The notes under the pieces are model-generated. The model saw nothing but the letters and a program-made list of their open reading frames with translations. It made no database searches and was not told the DNA's origin. The position numbers were made by a program, and so were the translations under genes. A stretch of DNA of 41,541 nucleotides from Elsinoe ampelina. Lineage: Eukaryota. Every line of letters starts with the position of its first letter. The stretch's first letter is position 1. The DNA lies in assembly GCA_010093995.1 (NCBI GenBank), contig ML992511.1, forward strand, positions 974,155 to 1,015,695, written 5' to 3'. Positions 1-12,163 of this stretch are shown piece by piece.

Positions 1-251
1 GGGCCTTCCAGTCAGCGTTCGCGACATGAGGGGAGGAGTCCGATATGAGCCGCCTCAGTGGTCGAGATCTCCTACGGATTGTGGAATATCCTGGTATAAG
101 GAGGTTGTGCAGTCGTGGAAGATAGCAGGCTCTGCCTTTCCCGTTGAGATATTTGGTTAGGATATCATGGTTCGTCGAAAGCTATTATTGAGCTAGAACG
201 AGGTTACAGCCTCAACATCCTCATCCTCTCCGCCGTGAGTTCCAGCCTGTA

Positions 252-1449
252 CTACCGCTGTCCCCTCAGCCATGCTTTCTCCTCTTCGAGATACTGGAGT
301 GCATCCTTCAAGACGCCCTCTAGAGCAGCACTGATAGCCTTCCTACGAGCGACACTGATGCTGCCACTCGTGCTTGCCGTGACAGCGACATTTCGAGTCT
401 CTGACATTGGTAGTACAAGCCGAATATTGCTTTGATGGTCGATGAGGACCAGCAGGCCATCCGAGAATATGGAAGAGTCCGGTGGAGCCCGTAGAAGATG
501 TGTTGCTGCTTGTAGGAGGTATGTCGTCGCCTCTGGAGCACGGCGGACTGGAAGGACGGACGTGAGCTCCTGCATGTGGTTGACCGGCGGGGAGGCCTGG
601 AGGGGAAGGTCAAGACGGTCCGAGACAGCCATCGCCTGCGTTGACTGAGACATGGAAGAGAGGATGGTATGGACGGCAACACTTCGCCTTGTCAGCCAAT
701 CTGCCCAAAGCTTACTGGCGTGGTCTGCAAGGGTGGACTTACCACAACCCTTCGAAACCCATACCTAGACCTCCGATACCGTCCAGATGACTTACGTAGC
801 CCCCAGATCCTCGCCCGAAGTCTTCCCTCCATGTAGGACAGACGTATAGCAATACGGCACTTTCCCAGTTTGCATTCGACCAATTTGCGGTAGGACCATT
901 CGAGATCTGGTCTGTGACGAAGCTCTTGAGGAGACTTGGTGCATCGAATTTCGTGGTACATTGCTCAAGAGGAATGACACGACCTGGTGTCATTGCTGAT
1001 AAAGGGGAAGCTGTGCTATCTTCTGCCGCCATACTAACATTCATAGGAGTGTCAGGAATGGCCTTGACGGCCGATCCAGCTGCTCTTGAGATGCCCAGAC
1101 CATCTGTCTCCTGGGATCTCGACAACGGTGACGGTGATGCTGGTCCGTCGTCATCGCCACTGGCTGGACGGGACCGATGAGCCAGTACCCTCAATCGCTT
1201 TGATGGCGATATCGACCGCTCGGATCTATTTGCTGCTGTACCGGGTGTCCCTCCATTGCCCAGGGTGGAGAGGGCGAATGGATTGGCGGTCAAGTCGTTG
1301 GTATTGGAGAAATAGCCATCTCCATAGTGCGGATCTTGTGCTTCTGGATTTGGAGTCTGTAATGCAAGAGATGATGTGGCGTCGGACAGGTCGTGGAAGG
1401 TCCGCTTCCGGCGAAGTGGGGAGGTTGGTGTCGGCGGGTCCACCTCCAT
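252..1449 (-). CDS. Hypothetical protein (~380 aa), 2 exons; disordered N-terminus, possibly folded C-terminal domain
   Basis: ATG at 1449. Intron 688-742 on the minus strand (GTAAGT...GCTGAC-AAG) joins ORF 739-1455 in frame to ORF 252-653 (..GFEGL-W-RSVAVHTILSSMSQ..). No family recognised. Confidence 0.7.
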
Positions 1450-2021
1450 TAACAAGACTGGCTCCCAGTAATGATATTATGGATTATGGTCCTAGAGATC
1501 GTGTGCACGGATTGACGCGGTCGAATGCCTGTTACAGCTTGTTAGACACGTGAATGGCGTGGTGACATCCGTGATGAATGAGGTGAAGTCGCCGTCCCAG
1601 CAAACTCGTTCCTCATTTACACCTTGCATATGCTGGCAAATTCTATCACACAACTCGGCCCAGCACAGTGTGGCATAAAGACTACATTGGAAGCGTAGTT
1701 CAACCATTCAAGGCTATGACCATGAAAAAGACCCGAGTATGCGACTGGTGAGGTCTCTTTTCAGTCGCTCACGCCGGCCCCTATGCCGCATCCATCCATC
1801 GTCAGAACTACCACTGCACACATTACTTGGTGAGAAGTCAATGTACGATTTTGAACTTTAGACTACATATATCATCGTCGCACGTCACGCCAAACTAGCG
1901 ATTGCCTGGACAGGCAGCGAAACTCCGGAGTATGGCAACCTCTTTAGACCTCAACACGGTGTTCCTGAATATTAGCCAAGCCGCAACAGCCACGATCTCA
2001 CGTGACCTGTCCGCGTTATGA

Positions 2022-2267
2022 CTTATCGGTCGGCGGATATTCGGGAGCACGATGTAACTATAACTCAGAGGAAAAAGAATCCCGGGAGTCATGGGGAGGA
2101 ATATCCGAGAGGTCGTGAAACGCACAATCACGGCGGACACCGGGTTCTGGATATAAGGAGTGGAGAGACTCGTCTGAATCGAGCAATCCTAACCAGGCTT
2201 TGTGAAGGTTGTCTCAATGACTAAGCCCCGTCGCGATAAGGCCTTGGCGAAGCGTCGGTGGCTTATC
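2022..2267. promoter_or_regulatory. Three GATAAG/CTTATC sites, candidate AreA/Nit2-type nitrogen regulation of the permease
   Basis: CTTATC 2022-2027, GATAAG 2235-2240 and CTTATC 2262-2267, all within 360 bp upstream of the permease ATG. Function is inferred. Confidence 0.4.
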
Positions 2268-2381
2268 TCGATCAAGCCTCTAGGCCCTAAGGTAGGGTGG
2301 TCCATGAACGGGGCGTTTAAGATACGCTCTCGCCCTCATTTCTTTTCATTCATCGCGTGACTTTTGTGTATTACAGCGAAA

Positions 2382-4076
2382 ATGGGCATCATGAAGCGAC
2401 CGGGCTTTCTGTCGAGCGGCGGAGATGCTGATGAAGGTGTATTGGCGGAACAGGGATACAAGCAGGAGCTGAACAGAAGCTGGGGCCGTGCGTTCACTGC
2501 TCACGGGATGATGAGTGCTGCGACTGACCAAGTACAGTCCTACAGAATTTCGGAGTGTCCTTTTCGATCATCGTAAGTCCCTCATTACCAAGTACCGGAA
2601 CGAAGTTGACGAGACGGCCAGAGTGTCATCACTGGTATCACTACCTTGTTCGAGTATGGCCTGACGACCGGCGGTCCAGGGGTCATGGTTAGCGGCTGGC
2701 TCATTGTCTCGTTCTTTACCTTTTTCGTAGCCTTGGGAATGGCCGAGGTCACTTCAGCTCATCCCACGTCTGGAGGGCCCTACTTCTGGGCCGCTATGCT
2801 TGCTCCAACACCACAGAAGGCAGCCTTCTTCTCCTGGATCACTGGCTGGTTTAATCTGCTCGGTCAGGTAGCGGTCACAACCGGTATCACGTTCGGATGT
2901 GCCAATCTGGTCGCCACTCTAGCCAGTGTGAAGGGCGGCTTCACACCGACTCCTGGTTCAATCATTGGCATCTACGCAGCTTTGCTGGTCTCTCATGGGC
3001 TGATCAACACTTTCGGCGTCAAGATACTCAAGTATCTGAATAATACGTCGATTGTGCTGCACTCTCTGGGCGTGTCTGCATTCGCGATCGCTGTTGTTGC
3101 GGCAGCTCCCACGCATCGGTCCGCCAAAGAAGTGTTTGGCTTCTTCTATGATGGCACAGGTGATCCAGGCTGGTCTGAACGTGCTTCTCCAGCCTATGTC
3201 GCTTTCGTGGGCTGTCTGATGTCCCAGTACACCATTACTGGCTTTGACGCCTCTGCACATCTTTCGGAAGAGACCCGCAGCGCCCAGATCTCCGCTCCAC
3301 TCGGCGTGCTCACATCTGTCTTCTGCTCTGCAGTGTTCGGATTCTTTCTCCTCCTCTGTCTTCTCTTCTCCATCCAAGACTTCGATGGCACTGTCAACAG
3401 CGAAATCGGTCAACCAGTCCTTCAGATCCTCCTGGATATCTTCGGCGAAGATGGAGCCATCGCCCTCTTCACTCTCGTCATCGTTTGTGTATGGCACTGC
3501 GGTCTTTTCTCCTTGACCTCCAACTCGAGGATGTACTTTGGCTTTGCGAGAGATCGCGGCATTCCGCAATTCTTTGCCCACGTTGACGAGAGGTTCCAGT
3601 CTCCTATCCGAACCATCTGGCTCGGTGTGTTCTTGTCGTTCTGCCTCGCCCTTCCCAGCTTGGGCAGTTCCGTAGCTTTTGCAGCAGCTACCTCAATTGC
3701 GACAATTGGACTGTACATCAGCTACGGCATTCCCATCCTCATCGGCGCCCTGTACCCGAGCAACTTTCACAAAGGTCCTTTCAACCTTGGTGTGGCCTCC
3801 AGGCCGGTGGCCATCATCGCTGTACTTTGGATCTGCTTCATCACCATCGTTTTCTGCCTGCCTCAATTGAATCCAGTCGACAGCCAGAGTCTAAATTATA
3901 CCCCAGTCGCTGTTGGTATTGTGGCTGCGGGAGCCTTCGGAAGTTGGATATTCGCGAGGAAATACTTCACCGGACCGATCAGGCAGATTGAGGCCGAGGC
4001 ACATGGGATCGACATTGAGGACCCGGCCGCCATGGAGAAATTAGAGGCTGAGAAGGCAAAGAGCTCGTCGGAGTAG
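2382..4076 (+). CDS. APC-superfamily amino acid/GABA/polyamine permease (UGA4/HNM1-like), ~531 aa, 3 exons
   Basis: Exons 2382-2487, 2538-2572, 2622-4076. Spliced N-terminus GYKQELNRSWGLLQNFGVSFSII; motifs PTSGGPYFWA and GFDASAHLSEET; about 12 hydrophobic segments. Confidence 0.92.
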
Positions 4077-4661
4077 ATTGTGACATGTCCGGTTGAGTGT
4101 ATATATTGAGTCTCGAGATATCCTTGTAATCCGACCCTTTTCCACCTTGTGCCACGTGACCTTCTCCTAGCACAAAGTCGGTAAGACTTCGACCCGTTCC
4201 ACGTTGACGACTTCGGTATTTACACCTTCATCAACCTAGCTTATTAGCCAAGGCGATACGTGGTTTCCATCGAACGGATTTTGTAAGCATGGTGGCTAAA
4301 GCCCATTCTCGTATGCAGTATCCAAGACTTCCAGTGCAGCCACGCGGCTCAGCCGCACCAGCTGCCACCGCTCGCGCCGAACAGGTAAGACGCCACCTTG
4401 CTAATCCATGCATGACGCTTCGCCACTGCACTCGAAACCCGATTGGTCCCCAGCACAGCTTGAGCATGGCAGACACGGGCTGCTTCAATTCAGGCGGCCC
4501 GCCTCGCCTTCAAAACTGACAATTCATCCTCGAGCATGATTCATGGCGATCAATACGACCGGACTGCTGTAGCAAAGAGCACAATGAATACAGCAAAACA
4601 AATGTACACATGAATCTGAGTGAAAACGGTTCTGGAGTACAGTATCCTGAACCGACACAAG

Positions 4662-7600
4662 ATGAGCACGGCCCGACCTAGATCCCGCGATGAATACACA
4701 ATCGGCATAATCTGTGCCCTCGGCACGGAAAGGACAGCGGTACAAGCTATACTGGACGACATTCACAATATACTGCCACCTTCCGAGGGCGATAAGTCTT
4801 TGTATCTGCTTGGGTCGATTGGAACTTTGCATGTCGTAGTAGCTTGCCTACCAGCCGGCTACGTGGGCAAAGTCGAAGCTGCAACACTCGCGGGATCAGT
4901 TGCACAAAGCTATCGATGTCTGGAATTTGTGCTCATGGTTGGAGTAGGCGGTGGTGTTCCTCTGCACGGCATACGACTCGGCGATGTCGCTGTTAGCGTT
5001 CCAACCGACGGGTACCCTGGTCTCGTTGAATGGGATCTAGGTCGGGAGGGCCAGACGTTTCAACGGACTGGAGCACACAAGCCTCCTTCAAGGATCGCAC
5101 TCAATGCTGTACAGAGTTTGAGGAGCGGTCATGACTTTGGTCAAAGCCATCTGCTCCGGCACATCCAGCAGGCTGCCATGCGACATCCCCATCTCGATGG
5201 ACGGTACACTCGGCCACCAGATCAATCCACCGACATCGTCTTTGAGTCAAGCTATACGCATCGAGCTGGCAATGACTGCAGGGACTGTGACCCAACACTA
5301 GTGATCTCTCAGCGTCGAGATCCGAACAAGCAGCCGTCAGTCTTTTACGGCAATATAGCTTCTGGAGACAAGGTCATGAAAGAAGCCACACAGCGCGACT
5401 CCATTGCGCTTCGTGATAAGATCATATGTTTTGAGATGGAGGCTGCTGGACTGGCCACTCGATTCGAATACCTAATCATTCGCGGCATATGTGACTACTC
5501 GGACTCGCACAAACATAAAGACTGGCAGCCCTGGGCGGCAATGGTCGCAGCAGCATATGCGAAAGAGCTTTTGCGGGCCCATCAAGAGCTTCAACCACGG
5601 CCGTGTAAGTCTAATTCCGATCGTAGGGGGTCAGAACTGACAGTCCAGCATCGATACCTGCCCACGTATTACAGACGAACGTTCACTTGCTACAACTCGG
5701 CCACGATCTACTACCAGGGCAACGTGCTCATGAGTCTATCCGCTTGCATGCTGATACAAACCGGACGCATGTCAAGAATCTACAAGGACATAATGGTCTT
5801 GCGAGAGCTTTTCATCCTGTCGCAAGCCCATCTGTACATGTGCCTGACGATCATGGTCAGTTCCTGTCATCCGGCGACACAAGCTTAGCTGCGAATCTGA
5901 CCTGCCCCAGTCTTTCTCACAAGTTTGACTTATCCAGGACTGAAAACCCGGGAGAAGGCTATCAATCCACATGCTCCCGACACTTGTGGATGGATCCTTT
6001 CTCATCCTGTGTTTCTGGACTGGCTGACGAGTCCTGGAATGCTGTGGTTGAACGGCAAGCCGGGATCCGGCAAGTCGACTATGATCAAGTATCTTACCGA
6101 CCAGTCTGGTAGGTGGCTGTCTACTTCGCACGGCGATGGATGTTTTCTTCTGCGACATTTTCTCAACGCAGGTGGCTCCCAATTACATAAGAGCTTCTCA
6201 GGACTACTGAGGTCTCTTCTGTATCAGCTTGCACGGTTTGACCAGACACTACATGATGCCTTCATCTCGCGGTGCCAAAAGCGATACTTGGACGAAGGAT
6301 GCTCATCCGAAACTTGGGAGTGGCAGCAAAACGACCTCAAGTCAGATGTTGAATACCTTCTCAACATCGCCACAACTCATCACAAGATCTACATCTTCAT
6401 CGACGCTTTGGATGAATGTGAGAAGGAGTCGTCTGGCCGGGCTATCCATAAATACCTCGTCGATCTCTGTGAGCAGTACAGTACTGCTGGTGGATCCTTG
6501 TCCGTCATGATCTCTTGTCGACCGTTCCCTGCAATAATGTGGCCACACACACGCTCGATTACGGTTGATGAATGCAACGGCGACGACATCGACAAAGCGA
6601 TTACGTCCTACCTCGGACCACAACGACTAAGCATGGCTCAAGATATTGAGCAGAGAATTCGGGAGCGGGCGTCTGGAGTCTTCCAATGGGTCATGTTGGT
6701 CATTGAGCGACTCGTAGAGATGGACGACAGCGGCGCAGGTATCCGAGCGATGATCGAAGAAATCATGCAATGTCCCGACGAGCTTCACGGATTTTACGAC
6801 AGTCTCCTTAGACGGACCACAAGGGCTGAGGCAGAGCAGGCACTGTTGTTGATGCAGTGGGTGTGCTTCGCGGAGCGATCTTTGACTATCGACGACCTGA
6901 GGGTGGCCTTGGTCATGGACGAGACGAGCTCGCACGGTCAGACTGTGGAGGCTTCTATCACAGCTAACGATGGGTGTGCAGATCCTACTCATATGGAAAA
7001 AAGGATGAGGGCGCTCTCGAAAGGTCTTTTGGAGATCAAGTATGATGGGAGACACTACAACGTCCAATTCATTCACCAGACGGCACTGGAATACATGAAG
7101 GAAGGCGGTATCACATATCTCACGAATATTCAACACGGACAACAGGGAAGCAGCATCAATAACGCTATCTCGGCTCACTATCGCCTCATGCAATCTTGCC
7201 TCCGCTACATGTGCATCAATGAGATTAGAACTCTCGCCAATCGGGACGGCGATAACGGAGAACACTTGGACCAATATCCTTTTCTGTATTATGCCATCGA
7301 CTCTTGGCCGGCACATGCACGGGGCTGGATTTACTCAGGCATGTCTTGCAGCGAGCTTGTGCACAACTTGGGGCGGAATAACTCACAGATACTTCGTACT
7401 TGGCGGTCGCTCCACGACCGCTGCTGGCTCTTGCGAGTGGGTGTTCGATCTAGGGGCTGGCTGGAGTATCCGGAAGACATTGATCTTTTGCAGGTCGCAG
7501 TCGAAGAGGATCTGGTTCCGGTCCTTCAAACCATCTTCACTTTGAGCCCAGACATGTGTAAGTTCCATCTGCGCTTCTCCGGGCCACCACCTAGCATATT

Positions 7601-8886
7601 CGTCATGTTCATGTTTGGCTGACTGTGGATGTCTAGTTGATGTTGATGCGGTCTTTGTCAGTGGCGAGGGTCTGGTCGGCCGTGCTGCTTTGCTCGAACA
7701 TCACGGCGCTCTCAAATGTCTACTTGATCACGGACTGGGCCCAAATTCAACGTCGAGTGGCGGATTGACTCCTCTGCAACTGGCGATACCGTCACTGAGC
7801 TCGATACACACTCTGCTGGACGCTGGCGCAGATCCCTCCTTGACAAGTGGAGATAATTGCACCAGTGCTCTGCACGAAGCGGCTAGCGCAGGGTTCGACG
7901 ACGTACTGTCGCTACTTCTGACAAAGACTCGAGATGTGGATGTCAGAAATATTGAAGGCCTTAGCCCCTTGCATCTAGCCGCCTCGAACGGCCACACACA
8001 GGTGATCGATCGACTGCTTCGGGCTGGTGCAGATATTGACGCCGCCGATCGCAAAGCACCTGACTACTATGCAGCAGAAGCCGACCTCGTCACAAGGATG
8101 ATCATTCCTACCACGCCCCTTATCCTAGCTGTCGAGGGAGGTGAAGCTGACACCGTTCGACTCCTACTCGACAGAGGCGCCGTAGTCTCCTTTCGAAACC
8201 AAGACGGCGACATACCGCTAACCGTCGCCGTTGAGCAAGGACGTAAGAACATTGTACAACTGCTTCTCGAAGCGGGATGCAATCCCGACCAAATTGACGG
8301 CAGCGGCAAGACCGCACTAGCTTGCGGCACGCAGTTCGGCGACGCGAGCATAGTCCAGCTTCTCATCAACTCGGGCGCTGACGCTCACTTACCTGACGCC
8401 GATGGCAACATCCCCTTGCTTTTGGCTGCAATTCGCGGTTCCCAGGAAGTGTTCACCGTTGTACTAGAAGCCACTTTCAACCCAGCTTGGATCAATGATC
8501 GTGGCGAGTCAGCAGTACACTTGGCCGCCGCGGCAGGCAACACCAACTACCTCATGCCTCTCTTTGAACGGGGACTGGACGTGGACTCTTGTGACAATAG
8601 CGGGCGGACTCCCGTCATGTCGGCTGCTACAGGTGGTCATGTCGAGACGATTAGGCTGTTGGCAGCTATTGGCGCTGCGATGGACGCTGTGGACCACGAG
8701 GGCATGTCTGCGCTGCATATCGCTGCAGAGAAGGGGTCACTTGAAGTCGTGACTGCTCTTGTGGAGAGCGGCGCGGATACAGAGGGGAGGAACTTTGATG
8801 GTGCAACTGCGCTGACGCTCGCGGGGCGGAATGGTCATGAGGATGTGGTCGCCTTCCTGGGCGCACGGAGTGGAGAGCACGTTTGA
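4662..8886 (+). CDS. Fungal NLR-like protein: PNP_UDP (purine nucleoside phosphorylase-like) - NACHT NTPase - ankyrin repeats, ~1348 aa, 4 exons
   Basis: Exons 4662-5604, 5649-5855, 5911-7557, 7637-8886 with canonical GT..CTGAC..AG introns; total 4047 nt, in frame. PNP motifs YTIGIICAL, LMVGVGGG, CFEMEAAG, IIRGICDYSDSHK; Walker A GKPGSGKST; Walker B IFIDALDEC; about 11-12 ANK repeats (e.g. GLSPLHLAASNGHTQVIDRLLRAGADID). Confidence 0.92.
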
Positions 8887-9425
8887 GAACAGTGACTCTA
8901 TCAGTCACTCCGACCGACATGGCCCTGCTATAGGATCCGATACTTCGATGGGAGACAGTCTCAAGCGAATATCCTCGACGAAAACGATCTTGGACGTGAA
9001 CCACTTGTGTGTGTGCAGGCTCTGGCTTTACTGAAGATGGTGAGCAAAGATTATGCGGGCTACAGGTGGAACGGAGATCAGGGACGACGGAAGCACAGCG
9101 TTCATTCTGAGGCCACTACTCATGGGCAACGAGAGCACAGGCACTTTGAGACTGCCTGCAATTTCTGAAGACGGGACGGAGACTGGTCCGTTTAGGCGGC
9201 TGGTGGTGTTGCAAGAGATCGCCTCGTAGTGTCTTGTCCAAAGCACCGAAATGAATCATGTTGCGGTCCAATTGTTGACAAGCGCTGATGTCGTGTGTCG
9301 GGTAGAGCATGGTTTCGGTCTGGATCAATGTGTTCTACATTTTGGTATACAGGGTATAGAGGAGAGTCATCAAGCGTCACCCAGATATTGTACAAACATG
9401 CCTTTTCCAGGCGCTGCAATGCATC

Positions 9426-11801
9426 TCATCTAGCTGCCAAAACCTCCAAAGCCTCCCCACCATCTTTGATCGCCACAGTCGCTGTATCACCAGTCTTGAT
9501 CTGCCCCCTGATGATCTTATCCGCGAGTCCATTCCCAATCTGCTTCTGAATAAGCCTGTTGAGTGGCCGGGCACCGTATCTCGGATCGTAGCCCTTGTCA
9601 CACAGCCAAATCTTGACGTCCTCCGGCACATCGAGCACAATCCGTCGATCGTCCAATCGTCGCTGCAGCTCTTTGAGACGAATATCCGCAATGTCCTTCA
9701 GAGCTTCCCGACTCAGTCGCTTGAAGATGATAAACTCATCGATACGATTCAGGAACTCTGGTGCGTATGACGACTGGACTGTATCCATGACCTGATCCCG
9801 TACTCGTTGCGGAATTTCAGACGTACCAGACTCGTCCATGAGGAGTGCATCTGCTCCGAGGTTGGAGGTGAGCACAATCATGGTGTTCCTAAAGTCGACC
9901 TTGTGGCCTTGCGCATCGGTTAGGAACCCGTCGTCTAGCACCTGCAGTAGAAGGGTGGAGATGTGCTTGTGTGCCTTCTCGAATTCGTCGAAGAGGAGGA
10001 CCGCGTATGGTTTGCGCCGAATGGCCTCTGTCAGTTGCCCGGCGTCTTCGTAGCCGACGTAACCTGCTGGACTACCAATGAGGCGGCTGACGGTGTGTTT
10101 CTCCTGGAATTCGGACATGTCAAAGCGGACGACGGCTGATTCGGTCGAGAAGAGGAAGCCGGCCATTTTCTTGCAGAGTTCTGTCTTGCCGACACCGGTA
10201 GGGCCGAGGAACATAAAGGACGCTAGAGGGCGGTTCTCGCCGGAGAGACCGGCTCGTTGCATGCGGACGGCGTTGGCGACTGCTGTTAAAGCATCATCTT
10301 GTCCGCGGACGGATTGTCGGAGAGTGTCTTCCATGTGGATAAGCTTCTCGACTTCACCTGACATCAACTTTGTGACTGGGATGCCCGTCGACCTTGATAC
10401 TACGTTGGCAATGTCATCTGCAGTCACACTGTCGTGGATCAGGGTCTCGGAAGCAGTTGATTGTGTAGCCGCTTCACCTGATGCCACGAGCTTCTCGTGT
10501 GACTCGTCTGGCAATTTCTTCAGCAGCTCGGGAATGACAGAGTACCTGAGCTCGGATGCTCGTGCAAGGTCTCCTTGACGCTGGACCTGATCGAGCTCTG
10601 TTCGAGCGTCCTCGAGCTTTTGCTTGGTCTGCTTGATGTCTTCGATCTCGGCCCGTTCTTTCTCCCATCGTTCGGTGAGGACTTTGACCTCCTCTTGCTT
10701 GCTGTTCAGGCTCTTCTGGAGAGACTCTCGCCGCTCTCGACTTGCGATGTCAGTCTCTTTACGAAGTGACTCGAGCTCGATTTGAATTGTCATGATTTGC
10801 CGGTCCAGCTCGTTGATAGCGTCGGGCTTGCTTTCTTGCTGTAATCGCAGCGCACTTGCAGCTTCGTCAACCAGATCGATAGCCTTGTCTGGCAAGAAAC
10901 GATCAGTGATGTAGCGATTGCTGTAAGTTGCCGCCGCAACAAGCGCCCCATCTGTGATCCTTACACCATGATGCACCTCGTAGCGGTCCTTGATTCCACG
11001 GAGGATCGATATGGTGTCTTGTACTGTGGGTTCGCCAACCTGTATTGGCTGGAATCGTCGTGCGAGCGCTACGTCTTTCTCGATCTGGCGGTACTCGTTC
11101 AAGGTCGTAGCACCACAGCACTGAAGTTCACCGCGAGACAAAGCTGGCTTGAGGAGATTGCTTGCGTCAATCGATCCTTCAGCTTTCCCAAGGCCTAGCA
11201 ATGTGTGTAGCTCATCCACGAATAGTATGACGCCACCTTGCGCCTCTTCCACCTCTTTCAGCACCTTCTTAAGTCGCTCTTCGAAATCACCTCGAAACTT
11301 GGCTCCGGCTATGAGCTGACCAAGATCCAGAGATATAACCCTTTTCTCTTTGATGCTCTCCGGTACGTCGCCTCGCACAATTCTCTGCGCCAGCCCTTCC
11401 AGGATTGCTGTTTTGCCAGTACCCGCTGCGCCTATCAAGACTGGATTGTTCTTTGTCCGCCTCGATAGAATTTGGATCGTGCGATGTATCTCAGAGTCCC
11501 TTCCTATCACTGGATCCAACTTTCCAGCTTTTGCCCTCGCCGTCAGATCAACGCCGTACTCCTCCAGTGCCGATTTCTCTTCCTCTCCACTCATATTCAT
11601 TCGATGCGTACCGCCAGGCGGATGCGGTCGTCGCCCGCTTGCATATGAACGTGTCTGAGATCCCGTGTACCATGCTGACGGTCGTAATGATGAGTCTGCA
11701 ATCGCAGATCTTGTGATGGCGGATATTCGCACCAAAGCTCGCGATCTGGAGGTGTGGCGAGCGATGCTGCTGATTGCAGCCCGGCCCCTGGAGGGTAGCA
11801 T
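9426..11801 (-). CDS. HSP78: Mitochondrial ClpB/Hsp100 disaggregase Hsp78
   Basis: 791-aa ORF with an Arg/Ser-rich presequence, no ClpB N-domain, KLDPVIGRD, Walker A GAAGTGKT and GPTGVGKT, and GYVGY and YGARPL motifs. Confidence 0.95.
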   Translation of the reverse strand: MLPSRGRAAISSIARHTSRSRALVRISAITRSAIADSSLRPSAWYTGSQTRSYASGRRPHPPGGTHRMNMSGEEEKSALEEYGVDLTARAKAGKLDPVIGRDSEIHRTIQILSRRTKNNPVLIGAAGTGKTAILEGLAQRIVRGDVPESIKEKRVISLDLGQLIAGAKFRGDFEERLKKVLKEVEEAQGGVILFVDELHTLLGLGKAEGSIDASNLLKPALSRGELQCCGATTLNEYRQIEKDVALARRFQPIQVGEPTVQDTISILRGIKDRYEVHHGVRITDGALVAAATYSNRYITDRFLPDKAIDLVDEAASALRLQQESKPDAINELDRQIMTIQIELESLRKETDIASRERRESLQKSLNSKQEEVKVLTERWEKERAEIEDIKQTKQKLEDARTELDQVQRQGDLARASELRYSVIPELLKKLPDESHEKLVASGEAATQSTASETLIHDSVTADDIANVVSRSTGIPVTKLMSGEVEKLIHMEDTLRQSVRGQDDALTAVANAVRMQRAGLSGENRPLASFMFLGPTGVGKTELCKKMAGFLFSTESAVVRFDMSEFQEKHTVSRLIGSPAGYVGYEDAGQLTEAIRRKPYAVLLFDEFEKAHKHISTLLLQVLDDGFLTDAQGHKVDFRNTMIVLTSNLGADALLMDESGTSEIPQRVRDQVMDTVQSSYAPEFLNRIDEFIIFKRLSREALKDIADIRLKELQRRLDDRRIVLDVPEDVKIWLCDKGYDPRYGARPLNRLIQKQIGNGLADKIIRGQIKTGDTATVAIKDGGEALEVLAAR

Positions 11802-12163
11802 GTCGGCTGTACAGAATATGTGAAGAAGGAGGAGGTATGGGAGACAAGCAGACCGTGAATACTACCTGTGAGAAAAGCTCATAATAGCTAGGAATGCACT
11901 GAGTTGATGAGAATGGAAAAGTCCTCGATGATATCTTCTCGAAGGTCCGAGTTCCCTCCATGAAAATTATGACTCGTGCTAGCCCAAATTTGGTTACACT
12001 CATGACTTGGTTTATGCGCGATTGTCCCGCACCGAGGACCCTTCATCGAAAAGAAAAAACCTTGAGTGTCAACTCCGACTGCACCTATACAATCCACATT
12101 GCAGGCAGAACATCGAGAGTTGCGCTCTCGACACAGTACACTGCATAACGCCAATCATTGATC

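Noticed and set aside
5649..5855. NLR exon-2 linker as an amyloid signalling motif
   Set aside because: It lacks the N/Q/G-rich pseudo-repeats of HRAM, PP or sigma motifs, and it lies internal to an enzymatic effector domain.
8890..9420. Short ORFs and a 7-bp hairpin (AGTGACT-ctatc-AGTCACT, 8891-8909) between the NLR and HSP78, considered as an NLR partner or amyloid effector gene
   Set aside because: No HeLo/gasdermin-like or amyloid-motif sequence is visible; consistent with convergent 3' UTRs, and the hairpin is short enough to be chance.
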